From Flavobacteriaceae bacterium (GTDB lineage: Bacteria > Bacteroidota > Bacteroidia > Flavobacteriales > Flavobacteriaceae): a stretch of DNA of 64,000 nucleotides. Below, one piece after another: positions 8,141 through 16,619 of the stretch. Under the pieces are notes generated by a model. It saw only the letters and a program-made list of their open reading frames with translations. It made no database searches and was not told the origin of the DNA. The translations under genes were made by a program, and so were the position numbers. Within the stretch, counting starts at the first letter, position 1, and each line of letters opens with the position of its first letter. The stretch is taken from the NCBI GenBank assembly GCA_022424955.1, contig JAKMGK010000030.1, forward strand, positions 6,029 to 70,028. The letters are read 5' to 3'.

Positions 8141-8340
8141 GCGAGGTGGTCGAGGGGTCGTTTCTACCTCGCTCAACGACCCCTAGGATACTGAGCCTGT
8201 CGAAGTGTCGTTTCGACCCTACCTTCGGTAGGCAAGCTCGAAGTGACCAACACTTGGTCATTTCGACTGTAACGGAGAAATCTTTCACCCCATGCGTCAT
8301 TTCGACTGAAACGGAGAAATCTCCGAAGCGGAGAAATCCC
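8141..8340. repeat. GC-rich intergenic block of hairpins and short direct repeats (REP-like element typical of Bacteroidetes)
   Basis: A 27-mer GTCATTTCGACTG(T/A)AACGGAGAAATCT occurs at 8257-8283 and 8296-8322 (26/27 identical). CGGAGAAATC occurs three times. There is a 13-bp hairpin at 8238-8266, a hairpin at 8218-8232, and interleaved stems 8141-8147/8166-8172 and 8153-8160/8177-8184. Confidence 0.8.
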
Positions 8341-8401
8341 CATTCCTAATACTTCATTAATACGCTAGGTTTCTTATATTGTTAAGATAAATCTATTGAC
8401 A

Positions 8402-11227
8402 ATGTCACAACCCAAACGGCTGTTTTTACTCGATGCTTTTGCCTTGATTTTTCGAGGCTATTATGCCTTTATCAAGAATCCTCGAATCAATTCACAAGGG
8501 GTAGACACCTCTGCTATTTTTGGTTTTATGAACTCTTTGCTAGACGTTATTAAACGAGAGCGTCCAGACCATCTTGCGGTTTGTTTTGACAAAGGGGGTT
8601 CTGTGGCGCGTACAGAGATGTTTGAGGCCTATAAAGCTAATCGCGACGAAACACCAGAAGCCATAAGCATTGCAGTCCCCTATATTCAAGCGATTTTAAA
8701 AAGCATGCATATTCCTGTCGTAGAAATGGCAGGTTATGAAGCAGACGATATCATTGGGACCCTGGCTAAACAAGCCGAAAAAGAAGGCTTCCAGACCTTT
8801 ATGGTTACTCCAGATAAAGATTTTGCCCAGCTGGTTTCAGAGAATATATTTATGTACCGCCCTGCTCGCATGGGGAATGGAATCGAAATCTGGGGAATTC
8901 CAGAAGTACAGGCTAAGTTTGAAATAGAACGTCCAGAGCAGGTAATCGATTATTTAGGGATGATGGGAGATGCCGTGGATAATATCCCTGGTTTACCCGG
9001 AGTGGGAGATAAGACCGCTAAGAAATTCTTGAAAGAATACGGCAGTATGGAAGGACTTCTAGCCAATACAGATCAGCTAAAAGGCAAAATGAAAGTCAAG
9101 GTAGAAGCCAATAAAGAACTGGGATTACTCTCTAAAGAGTTGGCCAAAATTCTCTTAGACGTCCCCGTAACTTTCCAGGCAGAAGCCTATGAACTCTCTG
9201 ATCCAGATTTCCCAGCCGTAGGAGCGATTTTTGACGACTTGGAATTCCGCCGAATGAAAGAGAATATCCAAAAGATCTTTGGGCAAGAAGTCACTGCCGA
9301 TTCGTCAAAAGATACTTCGGCTTCGCCAAAAAAAGTAGCAAGGGTTGATACGGGACAAATGGACTTATTTTCTGCCGGAGGGGGAAATACAGATCAAGCA
9401 GCCATCTCTTCTAAAAAAGATTTGAGCAACACCCTCCACCATTATCAATTTGTCAACACACCTTTAGGGATTGACTTATTAGTACAGAAATTATTACAGC
9501 AATCTTCTGTATGTTTTGATACAAAAACCACTAGTCTAAACGCTTTGCAGGCAGAACTAGTCGGCATCGCCTTTAGCTGGGAAGCTAGAACTGGTTATTA
9601 TGTGTCAGTACCCCAAGAGGTAGAGAAAGCAGCCGAAATCATCGATCAACTGCGTCCCTTTTTTGAAAATAGCCAGATTGAAAAAATTGGGCATAATCTC
9701 AAATATGACTTAAAGGTCTTGTCCAATTATCAGCTCAAGGTAGCAGGACCTTTATACGACACCTTGATCGCCCATTATTTAATCAATCCAGACCGTCGTC
9801 ACAGTATGGATATTTTAGCAAGTACTTATTTGCAATACGAGCCGCAATCCATCACAGAACTCATTGGGAAAAAAGGGAAGAATCAAGGCTCTATGCGCGA
9901 TGTACCCCTAGACAAGCAGACAGAATATGCGGTAGAAGACGCCGATATAACCCTCCAGCTCAAGCAGTTTTTTGATCAAGAATTAGCCGCGGCAGAAAAC
10001 GGAAAATTATTTCAAGAGGTTGAATTACCCCTAGTAGAGGTATTGACCGCCATGGAACAAGAGGGCATAAATTTAAACACAACCTTCCTCAAAGAATTTG
10101 AAGGCGAATTGACCCAGGATATTGAACGTCTAGAAAAAAGCATCTTTGAACAAGCAGGAGAAGAATTTAATTTGGCTTCGCCAAAGCAACTAGGCCCCAT
10201 CTTATTTGAAAAATTAAAATTGGTCGATAAGCCTAAAAAGACAAAAACGGGGCAGTATTCTACTGCCGAAGATGTTTTGAGTTTCTTAGCGAAAGATCAT
10301 AAAATTATCGCCGATATTCTCGAGTGGCGCTCGATCAATAAATTACAGAGCACTTATGTCAAGGCCTTGCCAGAAGAGATTAACCCTAAGACCGGTCGTA
10401 TTCACACCGTCTATAATCAAGCCGTTGCCGCAACGGGTCGTCTGAGTTCAAATCAGCCTAATTTGCAAAATATTCCCATTCGAACAGCACGGGGGCAACA
10501 GGTCCGTAAAGCCTTTATCCCCCGAGATGAAAATCACGTTCTTTTAGCAGCAGATTACTCTCAAATCGAACTGCGCATTATAGCAGCTTTGAGTAAGGAT
10601 CCCGCCATGCTAGAAGCCTTTCAAAAAGGAGAAGATATTCACGCAACTACAGCGGCAAAAGTCTTTGGAGTTCCCCTAGAGGAGGTAAGTCGTGAACAAC
10701 GATCCAATGCAAAAACCGTCAACTTTGGGATTGTCTATGGGGTGTCTGCCTTTGGCTTAAGTCAGCAAACTAATTTAAACAGAACCGAGGCCAAAGAATT
10801 AATTGAAGCCTATTATGCTACCTATCTCCAGTTAAAAAGCTATATGAATGAGCAAGTGGATTTTGCCCGCGAAAATGGCTATGTCGCCACCGTACTGGGG
10901 CGTCGACGTTATTTAAAAGACATCAATTCACAAAATGCCGTTGTTCGTGGAGCTGCTGAACGCAATGCCGTAAATGCTCCAATTCAAGGTAGCGCAGCAG
11001 ATATTATTAAAATCGCTATGATCAATATTCATCGTCGTATGGAAAAAGAAAATTGGCATAGTAAAATGTTACTGCAAGTTCACGATGAATTGGTTTTTGA
11101 TGTCCCCAAAGCAGAGGTCGACGCTTTAAGCGCCATGGTAAAAGAAGAGATGGAAAACGCTTTTTCACTAGAAGTACCCTTAGTCGTAGAGGTTGGGATG
11201 GGTGAAAATTGGCTCGAAGCGCACTAG
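8402..11227 (+). CDS. polA: DNA polymerase I
   Basis: 5'-3' exonuclease N-terminus (LLDAFALIFRGYYAF), a 3'-5' exonuclease region, and family A motifs DYSQIELR, RSNAKTVNFGIVYG and QVHDELVF. ATG at 8402 is preferred over the TTG at 8396. Confidence 0.95.
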   Translation: MSQPKRLFLLDAFALIFRGYYAFIKNPRINSQGVDTSAIFGFMNSLLDVIKRERPDHLAVCFDKGGSVARTEMFEAYKANRDETPEAISIAVPYIQAILKSMHIPVVEMAGYEADDIIGTLAKQAEKEGFQTFMVTPDKDFAQLVSENIFMYRPARMGNGIEIWGIPEVQAKFEIERPEQVIDYLGMMGDAVDNIPGLPGVGDKTAKKFLKEYGSMEGLLANTDQLKGKMKVKVEANKELGLLSKELAKILLDVPVTFQAEAYELSDPDFPAVGAIFDDLEFRRMKENIQKIFGQEVTADSSKDTSASPKKVARVDTGQMDLFSAGGGNTDQAAISSKKDLSNTLHHYQFVNTPLGIDLLVQKLLQQSSVCFDTKTTSLNALQAELVGIAFSWEARTGYYVSVPQEVEKAAEIIDQLRPFFENSQIEKIGHNLKYDLKVLSNYQLKVAGPLYDTLIAHYLINPDRRHSMDILASTYLQYEPQSITELIGKKGKNQGSMRDVPLDKQTEYAVEDADITLQLKQFFDQELAAAENGKLFQEVELPLVEVLTAMEQEGINLNTTFLKEFEGELTQDIERLEKSIFEQAGEEFNLASPKQLGPILFEKLKLVDKPKKTKTGQYSTAEDVLSFLAKDHKIIADILEWRSINKLQSTYVKALPEEINPKTGRIHTVYNQAVAATGRLSSNQPNLQNIPIRTARGQQVRKAFIPRDENHVLLAADYSQIELRIIAALSKDPAMLEAFQKGEDIHATTAAKVFGVPLEEVSREQRSNAKTVNFGIVYGVSAFGLSQQTNLNRTEAKELIEAYYATYLQLKSYMNEQVDFARENGYVATVLGRRRYLKDINSQNAVVRGAAERNAVNAPIQGSAADIIKIAMINIHRRMEKENWHSKMLLQVHDELVFDVPKAEVDALSAMVKEEMENAFSLEVPLVVEVGMGENWLEAH

Positions 11228-11313
11228 CCAAAATTTACGAATATTACTTTAAACCGTTCATCTATTTCAAAATCCTACCGTTTTCACTAGTCGGATTAGT
11301 TTTTAAGTTTTAA

Positions 11314-11781
11314 ATGATCGATTTTCAAAGGAATATGTATTTTCTTGATTTCAAAAAAAAGTATGGGGTAAGTTTATTACCGCTAGCCTATAACGATGTA
11401 GGGCTAGGGGAATTAATGTTTGTTAAGCCTAAAACTCGTCCCATCTCTGTTAATTTTGGTTCAGCCAGTCATATTTATAACCTCTACCGCTATCAGGCGC
11501 TTATTTCAAGGAAAAAATGTCGCAAAAGACTCTTGGAATTTAAGTTAACGTTGTTGACTGACACCCCCTTGTTGAAAGAACGTATCGTGGCGAGTCCCTC
11601 ATTAATTAATGCAATAAAAGATGATTTTTTAAAATTGGTGCTACTCAATTTTAAAGAAGACCCCTCTGTAGTCGAAATTGCTTTTTCACGTATAGAGCAA
11701 CAAGAAATGACCCTGAAATCTAAAAAACGCATTCGCAATTTAATTTTACGTTCCCCCAAAGATGAAGGCGAGGCCTACTAA
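11314..11781 (+). CDS. Hypothetical protein (155 aa), AT-rich orphan
   Basis: Long ORF with no recognisable family. It is in the same frame as the next ORF, separated only by TAA at 11779-11781. Confidence 0.5.
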   Translation: MIDFQRNMYFLDFKKKYGVSLLPLAYNDVGLGELMFVKPKTRPISVNFGSASHIYNLYRYQALISRKKCRKRLLEFKLTLLTDTPLLKERIVASPSLINAIKDDFLKLVLLNFKEDPSVVEIAFSRIEQQEMTLKSKKRIRNLILRSPKDEGEAY

Positions 11782-11802
11782 AGGAATATTTTAATAGTAA
11801 AA

Positions 11803-12012
11803 ATGACCACCCGTTTATACTATGGGAATTTATATTTTATTACAAATGAAGAAAACGCAAAGGAAATTGAACGATTATTATTGCACCAAACCAGGCAACC
11901 CCTCTTTCGTTATCGCGAAAACGGGCGTAATGTATTTGAGTTTTTCTTTAAAGAAAACCCTTTTTGTATTCATCTTGAACCCTTGACAGATTATGGCGCA
12001 GGTAGAGCGTGA
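11803..12012 (+). CDS. Hypothetical protein (69 aa), possibly the C-terminal part of an interrupted gene
   Basis: In frame with 11314-11781. The 7 intervening codons are open. Confidence 0.4.
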   Translation: MTTRLYYGNLYFITNEENAKEIERLLLHQTRQPLFRYRENGRNVFEFFFKENPFCIHLEPLTDYGAGRA

Positions 12013-12021
12013 GAAATAGCT

Positions 12022-12029
12022 TACCTTTG
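12022..12029 (+). promoter_or_regulatory. Bacteroidetes-type -7 promoter box for dxs (near-leaderless)
   Basis: TACCTTTG ends 4 nt before the dxs ATG at 12034. Confidence 0.45.
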
Positions 12030-12033
12030 TGAC

Positions 12034-13806
12034 ATGCAAAATGACTTGCTTTCTTTGATCGAATCACCTCGTGACTTGCGGAAAATCCCGCTGTCAGATT
12101 TGCCTCAATTGGCAGAAGAGTTACGTACCGAAATCATTCAAGTAGTCGCAGCACAAGAGGGACATTTAGGGGCCAGTTTAGGAGTAGTAGAATTAACCAT
12201 TGCCTTGCATTATGTTTTTAATACTCCAGAGGATGTCTTGGTTTGGGATGTTGGTCATCAAGCCTATGGTCATAAAATGCTTACCGGAAGGCGGAAAGAT
12301 TTCGTCCACTTGAGACAATGGGGAGGCATAAGTGGTTTCCCAAAACGAGAAGAAAGTGCTTATGACCCCTTTGGGACAGGACATTCTTCTACGGCCATTT
12401 CGGCTGTTTTAGGGATGGCTTTAGCGAATCAAACAACGGCGCAAACGCGACAGCACATCGCCGTGATTGGCGACGCTTCAATTGCCAGTGGAATGGCCTT
12501 TGAAGCCCTAAATCATCTAGGAACCACCCAGGCAAATGTCCTTGTCATTTTAAATGATAACGCCATGGGGATTGATCCTAGTGTGGGCGCCTTAAAACAA
12601 TTTTTTGAAGTGGTCGCACCAGGAAAAGACCAACAAGAAAACATTTTTACCCATTTAAATATCGCCTATAGTGGCCCAATAGATGGGCACGATTTAACCG
12701 CCTTAGTCGATTGTTTACAGATCCTGAAAAATAAAACAGGGCCTAGAATTTTACATATCAGAACAACAAAAGGGAAAGGCTTAGCCTCTGCAGAAGCCAA
12801 TCAGGTGCTTTTTCACGCCCCTGGAAAGTTTGATCCCTTAACAGGGAAATTGAATAAAAAGCCCCAAGAGGGGAAGACGAAGTTCCAGACCATTGTAGGG
12901 AAAACTCTGGATACTCTTTTCCAAGAAAACCCCCGCTTAATGGCCATTACGCCAGCCATGCCTACCGGAAGTGGTCTAACCGCTTTGATGGAACGTTTCC
13001 CAGAGCGATGTATCGATGTGGGAATCGCAGAACAACATGCCGTGACCCTTGCAGCAGGAATGGCCACTCAAGGCTTATTACCTATCTGTGTAATTTATTC
13101 TACCTTTTTACAGCGGGCTTATGATCAAATAATCCACGACGTTGCTTTGCAAAATTTACCTGTCCTTTTTTGTATCGATAGAGCTGGTTTAGTAGGTCAT
13201 GATGGGCCTAGCCATCACGGCGTTTTTGATATTGCTTTTTTAAGAACACTGCCCCATATGACCTTGCTTGCGCCTAGAGATGAGGTACAATTGCGCAATA
13301 TGTTGTTTACGTTGACCCAAACCCCCCTTAGTGGTCCAGTAGCCATTCGTTATCCCAGAGGTTATGGCGCCATAGCCAATTGGAAACAAGCCTTTGAAAC
13401 AATCGATGTTTTAAAAGGAAGTTGTTTAAAGCCAGGGAAAAAGATTGCGTTAATTTCTATCGGGACCACATCAAGCGAAGTGGAAAAAGCCCTTGCGCAA
13501 ATTCCAGTAGCAACACAAGTTGCCCACTACGATTTAGGACCTATTAAACCTCTTGACGAGGCTTTATTAAAAAGTATTTTTACCCATTACGACAAAATAC
13601 TCATTGTGGAAGACAGTGCACTAGCTGGAGGAGCAGGGAGTGCCATTCTAGAATGGGCAAGTGACCATCAATACAGGGCTGCAGTAAAAAGAATAGGCTT
13701 AGCCGATGTATTTGTTCCCCATGGTACTCCAGCAGTTTTAAAAGAAAAATATGAGTTGGACGCCAAACATATCGCCGCTACCATAATGGATGTATTAAAG
13801 CAATAA
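12034..13806 (+). CDS. dxs: 1-deoxy-D-xylulose-5-phosphate synthase
   Basis: HLGASLGVVELTIALHYVF, GHQAYGHKMLTGR, the ThDP motif GDASIASGMAFEALNH...NDN, and a transketolase-like C-terminal half. Confidence 0.95.
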   Translation: MQNDLLSLIESPRDLRKIPLSDLPQLAEELRTEIIQVVAAQEGHLGASLGVVELTIALHYVFNTPEDVLVWDVGHQAYGHKMLTGRRKDFVHLRQWGGISGFPKREESAYDPFGTGHSSTAISAVLGMALANQTTAQTRQHIAVIGDASIASGMAFEALNHLGTTQANVLVILNDNAMGIDPSVGALKQFFEVVAPGKDQQENIFTHLNIAYSGPIDGHDLTALVDCLQILKNKTGPRILHIRTTKGKGLASAEANQVLFHAPGKFDPLTGKLNKKPQEGKTKFQTIVGKTLDTLFQENPRLMAITPAMPTGSGLTALMERFPERCIDVGIAEQHAVTLAAGMATQGLLPICVIYSTFLQRAYDQIIHDVALQNLPVLFCIDRAGLVGHDGPSHHGVFDIAFLRTLPHMTLLAPRDEVQLRNMLFTLTQTPLSGPVAIRYPRGYGAIANWKQAFETIDVLKGSCLKPGKKIALISIGTTSSEVEKALAQIPVATQVAHYDLGPIKPLDEALLKSIFTHYDKILIVEDSALAGGAGSAILEWASDHQYRAAVKRIGLADVFVPHGTPAVLKEKYELDAKHIAATIMDVLKQ

Positions 13807-13807
13807 G

Positions 13808-14245
13808 ATGCAGTTAGACGATCAATATTTTATGCGTAAAGCCTTAGAGGAAGCAGAAAAAGCTTATGAAATTGACGAGGTTCCCGTGGGAGCTGTTATT
13901 GTTGTAAATCAAAGAATTATCGCACGTGCCCATAATTTAACAGAGCGACTCAACGATGTTACTGCTCATGCAGAAATGCAAGCGATCACTTCTGCCGCTA
14001 ATTTTTTAGGGGGGAAATATTTAAAAGGCTGTACTCTCTATGTTACTTTAGAGCCGTGTGTGATGTGTATGGGAGCTTTGTATTGGAGTCAGTTAGATCG
14101 TATTGTTTATGCTGCTAGTGATCCTAAAAGGGGTGCTTTAGCGCTAGGGGTTAACCCTCATCCCAAGAGTATTTGTATGGGGGGAGTAATGCAAGAAGCA
14201 GCAGCAGATTTACTCCAGCGTTTTTTTCAAAAAAAGCGCCAATAA
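13808..14245 (+). CDS. tadA: tRNA-specific adenosine deaminase
   Basis: Zinc deaminase motifs HAEMQAI and PCVMCMGAL. The product is 145 aa. Confidence 0.9.
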   Translation: MQLDDQYFMRKALEEAEKAYEIDEVPVGAVIVVNQRIIARAHNLTERLNDVTAHAEMQAITSAANFLGGKYLKGCTLYVTLEPCVMCMGALYWSQLDRIVYAASDPKRGALALGVNPHPKSICMGGVMQEAAADLLQRFFQKKRQ

Positions 14246-14246
14246 A

Positions 14247-14268
14247 AAAGCACGCCGAAGCGTGCTTT
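14247..14268. terminator. Bidirectional hairpin terminator between tadA and the cold-shock gene
   Basis: AAAGCACGC-CGAA-GCGTGCTTT, with an A-run on one side and T-rich sequence on the other. Confidence 0.7.
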
Positions 14269-14292
14269 GTACTCAAAATAAAATGTAAATAT

Positions 14293-14484
14293 TTATAGGC
14301 GAGAAACTTGTGCTGCCACTTTTCCTTTTTTGCCGTCTTCTTCTTCGTATTCTACTTTGTCACCCTCGTTGAGTTCTTCCCCATTGAGAGATGTTGCATG
14401 GACGAAGATATCTTCGCCTGTTTCGTCATTGGTGATAAATCCATATCCCTTTGACCCAATAAAAAATTTAACTGTACCTGTCAT
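14293..14484 (-). CDS. Cold-shock domain protein (CspA family)
   Basis: GTVKFFIGSKGYGFITNDETGEDIFVHATSL, with RNP1 KGYGFI and RNP2-like VFVH. Confidence 0.9.
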   Translation of the reverse strand: MTGTVKFFIGSKGYGFITNDETGEDIFVHATSLNGEELNEGDKVEYEEEDGKKGKVAAQVSRL

Positions 14485-14504
14485 GTTATGTATTAAAATA
14501 TAGA

Positions 14505-14512
14505 CAAAGGTA
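14505..14512 (-). promoter_or_regulatory. Bacteroidetes-type -7 promoter box for the cold-shock gene
   Basis: The minus strand reads TACCTTTG, 20 nt upstream of the ATG at 14484. Confidence 0.45.
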
Positions 14513-14563
14513 AGCTAAACTTTCTAACTCCAATGTTACTAAAAGATAAATTATTTTTAAAAA

Positions 14564-14818
14564 TTATTGATTTTCAGGCTTTTTGCTCTTTTTATCACGC
14601 ATTTTCGCAAAGTTTTTATCGGTAAGAGTGTAGTCTTCTAATTTTTTTCCTTTCCAGCGATGTACCAAGAAAATAGGTAAGTAGATAAAAGTGAGCCATA
14701 AGACCGAAAAACCAATCCATTTTTCCCCTGCAGTATAGTCAATAGCATTTTTGTGATAAAAGCCATAGAAAAGACTCGCGACTCCACCCCAAAATAAGCT
14801 GTTGAGTAAATAACGCAT
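14564..14818 (-). CDS. Small membrane protein (2 TM) with basic tail
   Basis: Two hydrophobic segments (LFWGGVASLFYGF and FSVLWLTFIYLPIFLV). It is tightly placed after aspS. Confidence 0.55.
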   Translation of the reverse strand: MRYLLNSLFWGGVASLFYGFYHKNAIDYTAGEKWIGFSVLWLTFIYLPIFLVHRWKGKKLEDYTLTDKNFAKMRDKKSKKPENQ

Positions 14819-14821
14819 GCT

Positions 14822-16579
14822 TTATTCTTCTTTGGGTTGAAGGCATAAATAGAGTTCATCTAGTTGGGCAGTATCAATAGGAGAAGGTGCATCAATCATC
14901 AAATCTCGCCCACTGTTATTTTTAGGGAAAGCAATAAAGTCCCGAATGGTTTCTTGTCCGCCTAATAAGGCCACTAATCGATCTAAGCCCAAAGCGATCC
15001 CACCGTGTGGTGGCGCACCATACTGGAAGGCTTCCATTAAGAAGCCAAATTGTGTTTTAGCCTCTTCGGGTGAAAAGCCTAATAGCGCAAACATTCTTTC
15101 TTGGGTAGCGGCATCGTGAATACGAATGGATCCACCGCCAATTTCATTTCCGTTAAGCACTAAATCATAGGCGTTCGCATTGACTGCACCTGGATTAGTT
15201 TCGAGCAAATCAATCTGTTCTGGCTTTGGTGCAGTAAAGGGGTGATGCATGGCGTGGTAACGCTGGGTTTCTTCGTCCCATTCTAAAAGCGGGAAATCTA
15301 CCACCCATAGCGGAGCAAATTCTTCTGGCTTTCTCAAGCCCAGCTGCTCTGCTAATTCCATGCGTAAAGCAGATAGTTGTGTTCTTGTTTTATGGGTATC
15401 TCCTGCCATTACAAGGATTAGGTCTCCTGCGTTGGCTCCACTAGCTTTGGCCCATTGTGCCAGATCTTCTTGTGTGTAAAATTTATCGACAGAAGATTTA
15501 TAGCTTCCGTCTTCGTTGCATTTTACCCAAACTAAACCGTTGGCGCCAATTTGTGGGCGTTTGACCCAATCTATTAACTTATCGATTTGCTTTCTTGTAT
15601 ATGCTGCTGCGCCTGGAACGGCTATCCCTACAATGAGCTCTTGTTGGTCAAAGACGATAAAGCCTTTGTTTTTAGCCAAGTCATTTAACTCGGCAAATTC
15701 CATCCCAAAACGAATATCGGGTTTGTCGTTCCCGTATTTAGCCATCGCTTCGGCATAGGTCATTCGCGGAAAAGCCCCAATTTCTACTCTCTTTATCTCT
15801 TTGAGTAAGTGTTGTAATAGGCTTTCAAATTGTTGCAAGATATCTTCTTGTTCTACAAAGGTCATTTCACAATCAATCTGGGTGAATTCTGGTTGGCGAT
15901 CGGCACGTAAATCTTCGTCTCTAAAGCATTTTACGATTTGAAAATATTTGTCCATTCCCCCCACCATCAATAGCTGTTTAAAAGTTTGAGGAGATTGGGG
16001 AAGAGCATAAAATTGTCCTTGATTCATACGAGAAGGGACCACAAAATCTCTTGCTCCTTCTGGGGTGGATTTGATTAAATAAGGGGTTTCTACATCGATA
16101 AAATCGTGCGCAGAAAGAAAGTTGCGAATCGCTAAACTTACCTTAGAACGAAAGACTAGATTTTCGCGCACTGGGGTTCTCCTAATATCGAGATAGCGGT
16201 ATTGCATGCGCAATTCTTCTCCGCCATCTGTTTCGTTTTCAATGGTAAAAGGGGGAGTTTTTGCCTGGTTTAATAGGGTTAACGACTGTGCTAAAATTTC
16301 AATTTCTCCAGTGGGGAGGTTAGGGTTTTTCGACTCTCTCTCTATTACCGTTCCAGTGACTTGAATCACAAACTCGCGCCCTAAACGCTGTGCTTGTTCC
16401 ATAACTGACTTAGGCGTGCGTTCTTCATCAAAGATAATTTGGGTGATGCCATAGCGATCACGAAGATCAATCCATAGCATAAAACCTTTGTCTCTGCTTT
16501 TTTGCACCCAGCCCGCAAGGGTTACTTCTTCTCCTAATTGGTCAAGGGTCAATGCCCCACAATGTGTCGTTCTTAACAT
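14822..16579 (-). CDS. aspS: Aspartate--tRNA ligase
   Basis: Class II motifs [32 protein letters not shown] and GIALGLDRL. The product is 585 aa. Confidence 0.95.
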   Translation of the reverse strand: MLRTTHCGALTLDQLGEEVTLAGWVQKSRDKGFMLWIDLRDRYGITQIIFDEERTPKSVMEQAQRLGREFVIQVTGTVIERESKNPNLPTGEIEILAQSLTLLNQAKTPPFTIENETDGGEELRMQYRYLDIRRTPVRENLVFRSKVSLAIRNFLSAHDFIDVETPYLIKSTPEGARDFVVPSRMNQGQFYALPQSPQTFKQLLMVGGMDKYFQIVKCFRDEDLRADRQPEFTQIDCEMTFVEQEDILQQFESLLQHLLKEIKRVEIGAFPRMTYAEAMAKYGNDKPDIRFGMEFAELNDLAKNKGFIVFDQQELIVGIAVPGAAAYTRKQIDKLIDWVKRPQIGANGLVWVKCNEDGSYKSSVDKFYTQEDLAQWAKASGANAGDLILVMAGDTHKTRTQLSALRMELAEQLGLRKPEEFAPLWVVDFPLLEWDEETQRYHAMHHPFTAPKPEQIDLLETNPGAVNANAYDLVLNGNEIGGGSIRIHDAATQERMFALLGFSPEEAKTQFGFLMEAFQYGAPPHGGIALGLDRLVALLGGQETIRDFIAFPKNNSGRDLMIDAPSPIDTAQLDELYLCLQPKEE

Positions 16580-16596
16580 AGAAATTAAATTCTTTT

Positions 16597-16604
16597 CAAA
16601 GGTA
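16597..16604 (-). promoter_or_regulatory. Bacteroidetes-type -7 promoter box for aspS
   Basis: The minus strand reads TACCTTTG, 17 nt upstream of the aspS ATG and inside the 40-nt gap after the RND gene. Confidence 0.45.
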
Positions 16605-16619
16605 TTAAGTTCTTTGCTC

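Noticed and set aside
8257-8338. Possible CRISPR array (27-mer direct repeat)
   Set aside because: There are only two full copies, separated by 12 nt, plus one 10-nt partial copy. No spacer-sized unique segments and no cas genes are present in the window.
8097-8349. Two overlapping 67-aa ORFs on opposite strands (8097-8300 minus, 8146-8349 plus)
   Set aside because: They lie entirely within the GC-rich hairpin/repeat block and overlap each other. Their peptide content (VTVEMTK, ERGRND, STVTEKS/STETEKS) is dictated by the repeats. I treat them as spurious translations of a repeat element.
14638-14859. 73-aa minus-strand ORF overlapping the aspS end and the small membrane protein gene
   Set aside because: It is an alternative frame of the same DNA. 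The 84-aa ORF starts right after the aspS stop and has two clean TM helices, so it is preferred.
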